NCBI RefSeq assembly: GCF_018336915.1
Contig: NZ_CP064923.1
Location: 3,210,001-3,242,000 of the forward strand
Source: Acaryochloris marina S15
Lineage (GTDB): Bacteria > Cyanobacteriota > Cyanobacteriia > Thermosynechococcales > Thermosynechococcaceae
Direction: 5' to 3'
DNA: 32,000 nucleotides
Position numbers and translations under genes: made by a program
Notes under the pieces: generated by a model
Database searches by the model: none
Told to the model about the DNA's origin: nothing
The model's input: the letters and a program-made list of their open reading frames with translations, nothing else
Shown here: positions 18,278-27,674 of the stretch, piece by piece
Layout of the letters: each line of letters starts with the position of its first letter
Numbering within the stretch: the stretch's first letter is position 1

Positions 18278-19345
18278 TTATGTTTTGTCTGCCGATAATC
18301 CCAATCGCTGGCGTTCATACTGGTCAGATGTAACCTGCTCACACCATGCCTGATGGTCTAGGTACCACTGCACAGTTTTCCTTAATCCAGACTCAATCGT
18401 GACTTGCGGAGACCAGCCCAGATGTTGCTTAATTTTAGAAAAATCTATCGCATACCGTCGATCATGCCCCGGTCGATCCTGCACCAAGGTAATTAAATTT
18501 GCATGGGGTACATGGGCTGAATGGGGGAGAAGATCATCCAAAATCGCACAGATTTGTTGGACAAGCCAGAGATTTGTTTTTTCCGTGTCTCCCCCAATAT
18601 TATAGGTTTCGCCAGTTTTTCCTTTAGTCAAGACCAGATCAATGGCTCGACAGTGATCCTCAACAAAGAGCCAATCTCGGATATTTTGCCCATCCCCATA
18701 CACAGGCAAAGGCTTGCCCTCCATTGCATTCAAGATCATCAAGGGAATTAACTTTTCTGGGAATTGATAGGGGCCGTAGTTATTGGAACAGTTCGTAATT
18801 AACGTTGGCAGATGGTAAGTATGAAAATAAGATCTCACGAGGTGATCAGAGCCGGCTTTAGAGGCGGAATAAGGACTATTAGGCGCATAAGCTGTCGTTT
18901 CCGCAAACGGTGGATCCTCAGCCGACAGGGAACCAAAAACTTCGTCAGTCGAAACATGCAGAAATCGAAAGCTGTTTCGTTCCGGCAAAGCGAGTTGCTG
19001 CCAGTAGGACCGGGTAGCCTCTAGGAGATTAAATGTGCCAACAATATTAGTTTGAATAAAGTCATCTGGGCCATCAATGGAACGGTCCACATGGGTTTCA
19101 GCCGCAAAATTGAGAATGGCACTAGGACGATACTGAGTCAGCAAGTCTCCAACAAGCTGACGATCACCAATATCTCCTTGAATAAAGATATGGTCGGGAT
19201 CAAACTCCAGGGAATCTAAAGTAGATAAGTTACCTGCATAGGTCAACTTATCTAGGTTCAATACCAAGCTTTCATGATTCTGCCGCTTCCGCAAAACATA
19301 GTTTGCACCAATAAAACCGGCCCCCCCCGTAACCAGAATTGTCAT
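18278..19345 (-). CDS. rfbB: dTDP-glucose 4,6-dehydratase
   Basis: 355-aa ORF with [12 protein letters not shown] Rossmann motif, catalytic YSASK, and RmlB-like length. Confidence 0.95.
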   Translation of the reverse strand: MTILVTGGAGFIGANYVLRKRQNHESLVLNLDKLTYAGNLSTLDSLEFDPDHIFIQGDIGDRQLVGDLLTQYRPSAILNFAAETHVDRSIDGPDDFIQTNIVGTFNLLEATRSYWQQLALPERNSFRFLHVSTDEVFGSLSAEDPPFAETTAYAPNSPYSASKAGSDHLVRSYFHTYHLPTLITNCSNNYGPYQFPEKLIPLMILNAMEGKPLPVYGDGQNIRDWLFVEDHCRAIDLVLTKGKTGETYNIGGDTEKTNLWLVQQICAILDDLLPHSAHVPHANLITLVQDRPGHDRRYAIDFSKIKQHLGWSPQVTIESGLRKTVQWYLDHQAWCEQVTSDQYERQRLGLSADKT

Positions 19346-19478
19346 GATGATTTATTTTTCGGTGATAGGTTCGTCAATTTGCCCTAGCAAAAATAAGAAA
19401 ATTCAATTAATTTCACTTGCAGAGGGCAAACATTTCACCATTGGTGAGTCGCAAGACCTCAGATACTTACTATCTCGC

Positions 19479-20102
19479 TCAATTGGCGACCGATGCGGGT
19501 TGAAAAGCACCCCGTTCCTGTAAAAATTCAATCACCTGCTGGGCACAAGCCTCCAGGGAATCCTCCCCCGTCTTCACAATGATCTCTGGCTCTTCAGGTG
19601 GCTCATAGGGTGAAGAGATACCTGTGAAGTTAGGGATTTCACCCGATCTCGCCTTCTGATATAGCCCTTTAACATCTCGTTCTTCACAGACTTCTAAACT
19701 GGCTTGGCAATATATTTCGATAAAATCACCTTCTGGAACCAATTCACGAACGCGATCTCGATCGGCTCGAAATGGAGAGATAAATGCCGACAGGACAATG
19801 ATGCCAGCTTCAGTAAAGAGTTTAGCGACTTCACCAATCCGGCGAATATTTTCAACGCGATCTTCGCTAGAAAAACCTAGATCTGCGCATAATCCATGAC
19901 GGATATTATCTCCATCGATGACAAAAGTTCGGCAGTTCATCTTACACAGAGCATCTTCAACGGCATGGGCCAGAGTAGACTTGCCTGCACCAGATAGTCC
20001 CGTAAACCAAAGGATGGTACTAAAGTGGCCATTTTGATCCTGCCGGTTCTGGCGAGTAACGGTAGACTGATGCCAGACAACATTGGAAGATTTCTTAATC
20101 AT
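19479..20102 (-). CDS. cysC: Adenylyl-sulfate (APS) kinase
   Basis: 207-aa ORF with P-loop [13 protein letters not shown] and CysC-like sequence throughout. It starts 14 nt downstream of the wzc-like stop on the same strand. Confidence 0.9.
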   Translation of the reverse strand: MIKKSSNVVWHQSTVTRQNRQDQNGHFSTILWFTGLSGAGKSTLAHAVEDALCKMNCRTFVIDGDNIRHGLCADLGFSSEDRVENIRRIGEVAKLFTEAGIIVLSAFISPFRADRDRVRELVPEGDFIEIYCQASLEVCEERDVKGLYQKARSGEIPNFTGISSPYEPPEEPEIIVKTGEDSLEACAQQVIEFLQERGAFQPASVAN

Positions 20103-20116
20103 AATAAGTGAGGGAT

Positions 20117-22345
20117 TTAGGAGCGCTCTACAGCATTAACATCAGCTTTTTTCTTCTTTTTCTTGGCTTTTGACTGTTCGCCCCCGGAATTCTCTCCATA
20201 ATAATCTTGAGCATAGTAGTAATAATAACTATCTGGCTCATTTTCAGGGATGACACCATTAATGACGAGTCCCAAAACCTTTTGGCCAGAACGCTCTAAG
20301 GCATCTTTAGCAGATTGGGCAGAGCCAGAGTCTACTAGACCTGGACGGGTGACTAGGAGAATACCGTCCGTCATTTTACCGAGTAGAAGAGCATCTGCAG
20401 CAACTGCTAACGGTGGAGAATCAATCAGCACGTAATCATAGGCTTGATGAAATTCCTCAAGCAATACGGCCATGTGATGGGAGTCAATTAAAGGGACTGG
20501 ATTGGGGGGGGTAACCCCTGCCGTCAGAATATCGAGCTGATCATCCTCGGGTCGGATGGCTTCATGCCAGTCTTTTTGCTCCACTAAAACATTGCTCAAT
20601 CCCAAAGTATTGGGCAACTCCCAAACCTGGTGCTGAGAAGGGCGTCTCATATCAGCATCAATGACTAAGACTCGATGCCCCAGTTCACCCAGTGCTAAAG
20701 CTAAATTAGCCACAACTGTTGACTTCCCTTCTTTAGGGATGGAACTGGTGACCACAAAAACCTGCACATGATGATCTGAGCTTAAGAACTTAAGATTAGC
20801 CTGAAGCATGCGATAGGATTCACTCACAGAAGAGCGAGGAGACTCTCGAACCACCAAATCTGGGGTAGGGCGATCCAACCCCTTGCGGGTCATCTTTTCA
20901 GCATCTTTCAGTAATGGAATATTTCCTAAAACTGTATAGTCAAATAGCTCTTTTGCCTCTTGGACAGTCTTAACAGAAGTATCTAAGGCTTCAAGAAGCA
21001 ATGCAGTCCCTAGTCCCAGCAATCCTCCCAGGAAAAAACCAACAGCCAAGTTAAACGCTTTGCGGGGAGAAACCGGTTCTTTGGGCTCTAATGCTGCTGC
21101 AATAATGCGGACATTACCAATATTCTGGTTCTCACTAATCGTAATTTGCTGCAACGCTTTCAATAACTCTTCATAAGTCGTTTGAGCTACGATTCTATCC
21201 CGTTCAAGAGCAATTAATTGCTGCTCTAATTTAGGTATTACGCCTTGTCGACGTTTGTTTTCAGCTTGTGTTTGAGCCAGAGACAACACTTGTTTCTCCA
21301 AACCTAAACGATCCACTTCAGCTTGGACCAAAGCATCCGTCAAAGATTGTCGAGATTCTCCTGCTTGTAGATTACGAAGAGGCTGAGGTTGACTGGTCTC
21401 GACAATCTGGCTTGTTTGCTCACCTAATACGCCTTTAAGAGCAGTTCTTCTATCTTTAAGGTCAAGAATGGTGGGATGGTTAGGTTGAAATACTTTTAGG
21501 GCTTCAGCAAGTTTTCGCTCGTTCTCTTGGTAGTTAGCCAAGGCTTGTTGAACCACTGTCGATTGGCTCAAAGCATTGATGTCTTCCCCTTGCTGGGGAG
21601 AAAGCCCCAACTTATTTCTAAGGGCACGGCTTTTTGCCCTTGCATTAATTAGGAGACTTTGCATCTTAGCCGTTTCTTGGTAAAAGTTGCCTTCAACCTC
21701 TACAGAAACCTTAGCTTCTTCTTCTAAGGCAATAATTCCGTTCGCTTCCTTAAACCGTCGTAAGGATAGATCCAGATTTCTTAGTTTTGCGGCAATCTCT
21801 GGAACCTGTTTTTCAATAAACACCCTTGCGGAGGCCGCTTCAGCTCGGTTCGTCTCAATATTGTTCTTGAGATAGTCATCCATCAGCCGATTCACAACAT
21901 CAGCAGACTCTTTAGGATCAATGCTTTTGTAGGTAACGTTTAAGACATCAGTATCTTTAACATTAAAAACCGTCAAGGCTTCCATGAAATCCTTGGTTTC
22001 TAGGGGGGAATCCTTATCATCGACTAACTTCAACGCAATAATAGTTTGTCGTAAAATCGGCTCTGAGCGAATAATTTCCGCTTCTGTCTGGACCGGACTA
22101 CTCTTGGTAGACAATGCTTCTAAGCCACCCAGCCCCCCAATTTCCAAATCAGAAATTGATGCACCACTTTGCTTCTTAAGTAAAAGCTTGCCCTCAGCCT
22201 CATATACAGGCTTTTGCAAAAATGTTGCCAATGCGGTCAGAACAAAAACCGAGCCAAATACAGCTGTTGCAGGTATCCATCGACGTCTGAGTATGCGGAG
22301 GTAGTTGCGGATATCGATGTTTTCATCTGTATACTCATTACTCAT
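20117..22345 (-). CDS. Polysaccharide co-polymerase / BY-family tyrosine autokinase (Wzc-like)
   Basis: 742-aa ORF. An N-terminal TM helix precedes a long coiled-coil periplasmic domain (Wzz-like) and a second TM helix. The cytoplasmic kinase has Walker A (PKEGKST), Walker A-prime ([11 protein letters not shown]) and Walker B ([10 protein letters not shown]). The C-terminal Tyr cluster is [11 protein letters not shown] and is followed by KAKKKKKK. Confidence 0.88.
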   Translation of the reverse strand: MSNEYTDENIDIRNYLRILRRRWIPATAVFGSVFVLTALATFLQKPVYEAEGKLLLKKQSGASISDLEIGGLGGLEALSTKSSPVQTEAEIIRSEPILRQTIIALKLVDDKDSPLETKDFMEALTVFNVKDTDVLNVTYKSIDPKESADVVNRLMDDYLKNNIETNRAEAASARVFIEKQVPEIAAKLRNLDLSLRRFKEANGIIALEEEAKVSVEVEGNFYQETAKMQSLLINARAKSRALRNKLGLSPQQGEDINALSQSTVVQQALANYQENERKLAEALKVFQPNHPTILDLKDRRTALKGVLGEQTSQIVETSQPQPLRNLQAGESRQSLTDALVQAEVDRLGLEKQVLSLAQTQAENKRRQGVIPKLEQQLIALERDRIVAQTTYEELLKALQQITISENQNIGNVRIIAAALEPKEPVSPRKAFNLAVGFFLGGLLGLGTALLLEALDTSVKTVQEAKELFDYTVLGNIPLLKDAEKMTRKGLDRPTPDLVVRESPRSSVSESYRMLQANLKFLSSDHHVQVFVVTSSIPKEGKSTVVANLALALGELGHRVLVIDADMRRPSQHQVWELPNTLGLSNVLVEQKDWHEAIRPEDDQLDILTAGVTPPNPVPLIDSHHMAVLLEEFHQAYDYVLIDSPPLAVAADALLLGKMTDGILLVTRPGLVDSGSAQSAKDALERSGQKVLGLVINGVIPENEPDSYYYYYAQDYYGENSGGEQSKAKKKKKKADVNAVERS

Positions 22346-22570
22346 TGGCGATATAGGGGTCTTCTCAATTCAATTCAGAGCAAAGGGTTGAAGCTAATTT
22401 AGCTGTCAGGTTTCCAAATAGCAAATTTTTTTGAAGGCTACCATCTCAACTTCTCTAGCATGGAACATTGCTTTTTGCATTAAATCATTCTTCGGTGAAG
22501 ATTTGAGCAGTAGAGCTGGATGTCCAACAATTGGCACATGCTTGGTATTCCCCCATTTTGGTCAAAAAAA

Positions 22571-23527
22571 TTACTGGGCAGCTTGAGGAATGATTGTATT
22601 CCGTTCCCAGAAAATTTCTTGGGCAAATCCTTGAATAGCTGGATGAGAGTCAGCTAGCTCAATCCGTCGTTCGGACAACAAGCAATACTCCTCATCAAGT
22701 TCGATGCCGATAAACTGTCTATGCAGTTTTTTAGCAACCACAGACGTTGTGCCACTACCCAAGAAAGGATCAAGCACAATATCTCCAGGGTTACTACTGG
22801 CCAGCATTAGCTTTGCAACTAATTTCTCACTTTTTTGAGTGGGATGATCAGTATTTTCGGGCATTGACCAAAAAGGGATAGAAATATCAGTCCATAAATT
22901 AGACGCAAAGGTATCTCTAAAGTTGCCATTTTCAGTTTGAGACCAATCTTTAGGAGAACCATCCGGATGTCGATAGGGAGCTAGTACCCTTCGCCGCTGT
23001 TTCACAGCCTGGCTATTAAAGGTATATGAGTTCGAATTTGTGCAAAACCAAATATCTTCGCTCGCATTTTTCCAATTTGAACGGGCTCCTCTGCCTTTCT
23101 CGCGCTCCCAAGTGATCCGGTTACGAACCTGAAAATGAGATGTAGCAACCGTGAAAATTGAAGCAGATGAGAACCAATCTCCACAGATGTAGATTGAGGC
23201 ATCAGGATGTAATAGGGGTTTCAGCTTACAACAAACATGATCTAACCATTCGGTATAAGCTGCGACAGACTGCTTGGTGAAGGTTCGACCATTGAAGACT
23301 TTATTCAGGTTGTAAGGTGGGTCAAGAATCAACAAATTGACGCTGCTTTGAGGGAGTTTGGGAGCTATGTCGAGGCAGTCTCCTTGAATCGTAATATCGA
23401 TACTTGGCGATGTTTTTGTGAAATTTTTGACGAGTTTCAATCTCAATCGCTCACGATCTGCCGTACTGAGGGTCAATGTACGGTTCATAGGGGCTCTTTT
23501 TTTTTGCGTTTGAGGTAGGTCTGACAT
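22571..23527 (-). CDS. Beta-class N6-adenine/N4-cytosine DNA methyltransferase (PF01555-like), orphan
   Basis: 318-aa ORF. The catalytic motif IV (LILDPPYN) precedes the AdoMet motif I (VLDPFLGSGTT), which is the beta-class order. DPPY favours N6-adenine but does not exclude N4-cytosine. No neighbouring restriction endonuclease ORF. Confidence 0.85.
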   Translation of the reverse strand: MSDLPQTQKKRAPMNRTLTLSTADRERLRLKLVKNFTKTSPSIDITIQGDCLDIAPKLPQSSVNLLILDPPYNLNKVFNGRTFTKQSVAAYTEWLDHVCCKLKPLLHPDASIYICGDWFSSASIFTVATSHFQVRNRITWEREKGRGARSNWKNASEDIWFCTNSNSYTFNSQAVKQRRRVLAPYRHPDGSPKDWSQTENGNFRDTFASNLWTDISIPFWSMPENTDHPTQKSEKLVAKLMLASSNPGDIVLDPFLGSGTTSVVAKKLHRQFIGIELDEEYCLLSERRIELADSHPAIQGFAQEIFWERNTIIPQAAQ

Positions 23528-23615
23528 AATTCAGGTGTCTTCCCTATATAAGCAGTTCCAAGAGGGAGCCTAGCACCTAAACTAATTAAAGTTAGCCCAA
23601 TTTCCACGAATTTTG

Positions 23616-24143
23616 ATGAACAAAGCAGACCTGACAAAAGCGATTTATGACACGTCTCATATTACAGGTGAGTTTTTACTGCGATCGGGGCAAGTCAGCC
23701 ATGAATATTTTGACAAATATTTATTTGAAGCAAATCCAACTTTATTGAAAGCCATTGCTGAATATCTCGCAACGATGATTCCTACCCCTGTTGATGCTCT
23801 AGCAGGTTTGGAAATGGGCGGCATTCCCATCGTGGCCATGTTATCTCAAATCAGCGGATATCCTTCCCTCTTCGTCAGAAAAAAGGCTAAGCCTTATGGT
23901 ACCTGCAAACTAGCTGAGGGAGGAGAGATTCAGGGAAAACGGCTCGTCATCATTGAAGATGTGGTGACGTCTGGCGGACAGATCAAGCTTTCAGCCCAAG
24001 ACTTGCGATCCCTAGGTGCTACGGTGACGGATGTCATGTGTGTCATTGATCGCGAAGCGGGTGGACAAGCCAATCTGGCGGCTGAAGGTTTAACACTCCA
24101 TCCTCTATTTACGATGACAGAGTTAAAGCAGTCAGCTCAGTAG
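23616..24143 (+). CDS. pyrE: Orotate phosphoribosyltransferase
   Basis: About 175 aa, with PRPP-binding motif LVIIEDVVTSGGQ and PyrE-like flanking sequence (FLLRSGQVSHEYFD). The ATG at 23616 is preferred over the TTG at 23613 used by the track. Confidence 0.85.
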   Translation: MNKADLTKAIYDTSHITGEFLLRSGQVSHEYFDKYLFEANPTLLKAIAEYLATMIPTPVDALAGLEMGGIPIVAMLSQISGYPSLFVRKKAKPYGTCKLAEGGEIQGKRLVIIEDVVTSGGQIKLSAQDLRSLGATVTDVMCVIDREAGGQANLAAEGLTLHPLFTMTELKQSAQ

Positions 24144-24290
24144 TCCCTCAACCTTCTATGGCTGATTGTCAAAGAATTGCTCAATAATATGGACCGGATG
24201 CAACTGTTGAATTCAATAGTGGATTGAGAAATAGTGATACGGCTTTTCAAATTACTCCCTGTTAGTCTGGCAAGGAAAATTGCGGGATTG

Positions 24291-25109
24291 ATGATGCGAT
24301 CGCATCTACCGATCACGGTATTCCTATGTTTTTCACTCTTGACCGGATGTAGCTTCTTCTCAATATTCACCCAATCCAATGTTGACCATCTAGCCCTTGG
24401 CAATCCTAGTCAAGCCAGAGTCGTCTTAGCCGACAGTAATAACTATTTGATGAAAAAGCCTCAATTTGCCCTTTCCTACAACCGCAGCAAGGGAATTCCC
24501 AACTGGGTGAGTTGGCAGCTCGATCAAACTTGGTTAGGAGATGTCGAACGTCGCAACGATTTTCGAGCGGATCAAAGCTTACCGCCAAAATGGGAGAAAG
24601 TGGATGCGAGAGACTATACCCGGAGTGGCTATGACCGAGGGCATATGACCCCTTCTGGCGATCGAACCAATTCAGAAGTCAACAATTCTGCGACCTTCGT
24701 CATGACCAATATTGTTCCTCAGCGGCCAGATAACAACCGAGGGCCATGGGTTGACCTCGAAAACCACTGTCGGGATTTAGTGGATGAAGGCAAAGAACTG
24801 TTTATTATTGCGGGAGGATATGGGAAACGAGCTGCGATCGCAAAAGGGAAAGTCATTCCTCCCCAAAATCTTTGGAAAATTATCGTCGTCATGGATGAGA
24901 CCACATTAGGTATAAACGGTATTTCTGCCAATACTCCAGTGATCGCCGTCGATATCCCCAATAAGCAAGGCATTAAATCCCATGAATGGCAACGGTACAT
25001 CGTCACCGTCGATCATTTAGAACAAGAAACGGGTTATGATTTCCTGCCAAATATCCCTGAATCTATTCAAACAAGATTAGAAAGTCAGAAAGCTACATTA
25101 AATTCATGA
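24291..25109 (+). CDS. nucA: DNA/RNA non-specific endonuclease (NucA/Serratia nuclease family), predicted lipoprotein
   Basis: Active-site DRGHMTPS motif and downstream NIVPQ (metal-ligand Asn). The start at ATG 24291 gives MMRSHLPITVFLCFSLLTGC, with a lipobox (LTGC). The upstream 19 codons in the track begin at a GTG and are less likely to be translated. Confidence 0.85.
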   Translation: MMRSHLPITVFLCFSLLTGCSFFSIFTQSNVDHLALGNPSQARVVLADSNNYLMKKPQFALSYNRSKGIPNWVSWQLDQTWLGDVERRNDFRADQSLPPKWEKVDARDYTRSGYDRGHMTPSGDRTNSEVNNSATFVMTNIVPQRPDNNRGPWVDLENHCRDLVDEGKELFIIAGGYGKRAAIAKGKVIPPQNLWKIIVVMDETTLGINGISANTPVIAVDIPNKQGIKSHEWQRYIVTVDHLEQETGYDFLPNIPESIQTRLESQKATLNS

Positions 25110-25267
25110 GAGACCATACTGCTAACATCGTACTCAGTGCTTTTCCATAATCTGAAACCCTGCAGCAGACACGGCAATAGGGACAGCTGAATATGATAAG
25201 ATTCTCTGATGGCTCCTGCCGAGTTTAATCCTACCCTGACAAAATCTAAGCCCATTCCGGTCAGTTT

Positions 25268-26649
25268 ATGGTATCCCTCCAACCACCAAGTATCAGCTCA
25301 TCCACTCCAATAATGGAGACCTCCCCCAACCAGCAAATACTTCCACTATCTGCCGAAATCGATAAAGCAGGACAGATGGTAATTGGTGGATGCTTTGTTA
25401 CCGAACTCGTTAAGCAATTTGGCTCTCCTTTATACATCGTAGATGAACTGACCCTGAGGACTGCCTGCCAACAGTATCGTCTCGCATTTCAAAAATTCTA
25501 TCCTGGTCCATCCCAAATCCTCTACGCCTCCAAAGCCTGGAGCTGCATGGCTATCTCTGCACTAGTGGCTAAAGAGGGTTTAGGACTAGATGTGGTATCA
25601 GGGGGTGAACTGTACACCGCCTTACAAGCAGGCGTAGATCCTGAAACTATCTATTTTCACGGCAATAACAAATCAGTTACTGAACTAGAAATGGCCCTGT
25701 CATGTGGCTGTACCATCATTGCGGACAACTGGCTCGAACTAGAGCAACTTACAGAGCTTCTTTCCTCAATCGACACCCTGCCAAACCCTCCCCGGGTCAT
25801 GCTAAGAATCACACCTGGCATTGAATGTCATACCCATGAATATATTCGAACGGGACATCTAGATAGTAAATTCGGTTTCGACCCCAATCAAATTGATCAG
25901 GTCTTGTCTTTTGCTCAGAAAACCCCTCAAATCGCTTGGGTTGGCTTTCATGCTCATATCGGGTCTCAAATCTTCGAGCTGCAACCTCATCAAGATCTAA
26001 CCAGCGTCATTGTCGAGTGGTTAGCCAAAGCACAGGCTCTAGGCCTACCCATGGACGAACTCAACATTGGCGGCGGTCTAGGTATTCGTTATGTTGAGTC
26101 AGATGACCCTCCCAGCATCACTCAATGGTCAGAGATCGTCTGCAACGGCATTTCGCAAGCCTGTAAGACAGCCAATATCCCATTCCCGAAGCTACTCTGC
26201 GAGCCAGGACGCTCTCTAGTAGGTACATCCTGCATTACTGCTTACAAAGTTGGAGCCAAAAAGAACATTCCCGATATTCGTACCTACCTTTCTGTAGATG
26301 GTGGAATGTCTGATAACCCCCGCCCCATTACATACCAATCTGTTTACAGTGCTGCCATTGCCAACCACATGGATTCTTCCGCCACAGAGATCGTTACCAT
26401 CGCAGGTAAACATTGTGAATCCGGGGACATTTTACTAAAAGATATCGCTCTCCCCCCAGCCAACCCGGTGATGTTCTGGTCGTAATGGGAACCGGAGCAT
26501 ACAATTACAGCATGGCATCCAATTACAATCGAATATCCCGACCTGCTGCTGTACTTGTGCAGGACGGAGACGCAAGCTTAATTCTTAAAAGAGAAACTTT
26601 TCAAGACCTCATTCGTCAAGATTGTCTGCCAAGGCATTTAGAGCAATAG
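25268..26649 (+). pseudogene. lysA: Diaminopimelate decarboxylase, reading frame broken at a C6 homopolymer (true frameshift or sequence error)
   Basis: The first 397 codons or so are LysA-like (PLP Lys in LYASKAWS, GGGLGIRY, CEPGRSLVG, GKHCESGD). This frame stops at 26483..26485 after the aberrant ANPVMFWS. The conserved C-terminus SQPGDVLVVMGTGAYNYSMASNYNRISRPAAVLV...LEQ continues in the +1 frame from 26458 to the TAG at 26647..26649. The frame switch maps to the CCCCCC run at 26452..26457. An alternative start is the ATG at 25313. Confidence 0.88.
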
Positions 26650-26759
26650 CTGGTTAAATTTCATAGCGATAACCAAGCTTGCCCTCTATTTACTAATATT
26701 GCACTGATTACTGATAACGCTAAACTGACATAGGTATACGAGAAGGTTAGGCCAAAGGC

Positions 26760-27674
26760 ATGGACGGGGTTAAGGAATGGCTGATAAACCATGACTGGGT
26801 TCAGACCTTCCGTTCCTTAATTGATATCAGCCTTGCTTTAGCTTTAACTTATATGCTGCTTCTCGTCATTGCTGAGCGGCGAACCCTATGGATGGTAAGA
26901 GGTGTCGTTTTTCTCGTTCTAGCAACCGTTGCTAGCAAGCTACTGCAATTCAATTACCTCAATCAGTTACTCACCTTCTTACTCATTGGCTCTGCGGTAG
27001 CCATGGCCGTCATTCTTCAGTCAGAAGTCCGACGCTTTCTGGAGCAATTGGGGAGAGGCGAACTGTTAAAAATGCTACGTCCTGCACAGCAGGTCACCCA
27101 AAATCCCGATAACATCATTGATGAAATTGTCGACGCAATAAAAGAACTCTCCCAAAATCGGACGGGTGCTTTACTCATCATTGAAACTCGAAATATTCCG
27201 ATTGATGAACGAGACTTTTCAGTGCCAGGAATTAAGTTAAGTGCAGAAATTTCTCGGGAGATAATCCAAACCATCTTTCAGACAACCACCTTATTACACG
27301 ATGGTGCCCTATTAATCCGAGGCGATCGAATCATATCAGCTGGCGTTATTCTACCTATTTCCGAGCAGACCGCATCTCGCCAACTCGGTACTCGACATCG
27401 TGCTGCGATGGGGATCACCGAACGGGTTGACAACTGTGTATGCATCGTTGTTTCTGAAGAAACTGGATCTATCTCATTAGCAGAACAAGGTATACTTAGA
27501 CGCCCTTTAACCAGCAGTAAGTTGAGGGAATTGTTGGCTGATCGATTAATCTTATCTGTGGATAGAGAAGTTGTTACCCCAAGCTTGAGAAGTTTAGGCA
27601 GGAAAATCAGAAAACAAGTCTTTTCTTTGCTTTCTCTCATATTCCCATTGCTCAAATCTCGCAAGAATATATGA
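26760..27674 (+). CDS. cdaA: Membrane-bound diadenylate cyclase (c-di-AMP synthase), CdaA type
   Basis: 304-aa ORF. An N-terminal region with three hydrophobic helices is followed by a DAC domain with the motifs [32 protein letters not shown] and [14 protein letters not shown]. Confidence 0.9.
   Translation: MDGVKEWLINHDWVQTFRSLIDISLALALTYMLLLVIAERRTLWMVRGVVFLVLATVASKLLQFNYLNQLLTFLLIGSAVAMAVILQSEVRRFLEQLGRGELLKMLRPAQQVTQNPDNIIDEIVDAIKELSQNRTGALLIIETRNIPIDERDFSVPGIKLSAEISREIIQTIFQTTTLLHDGALLIRGDRIISAGVILPISEQTASRQLGTRHRAAMGITERVDNCVCIVVSEETGSISLAEQGILRRPLTSSKLRELLADRLILSVDREVVTPSLRSLGRKIRKQVFSLLSLIFPLLKSRKNI

Noticed and set aside
22485-22556. 23-codon minus-strand ORF (MGEYQACANCWTSSSTAQIFTEE) in the methylase-wzc spacer, considered as a possible Cys-containing small peptide
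   Set aside because: It has no Shine-Dalgarno sequence, no supporting repeat or processing-enzyme genes nearby, and is too short to assess. It is indistinguishable from a chance ORF without conservation or ribosome-profiling data.
22571-25109. The DNA methyltransferase and the NucA-like nuclease as a restriction-modification pair
   Set aside because: They are separated by pyrE and lie on opposite strands. The nuclease belongs to the sugar-nonspecific DRGH family and carries a lipoprotein export signal, which is not a restriction-enzyme architecture.
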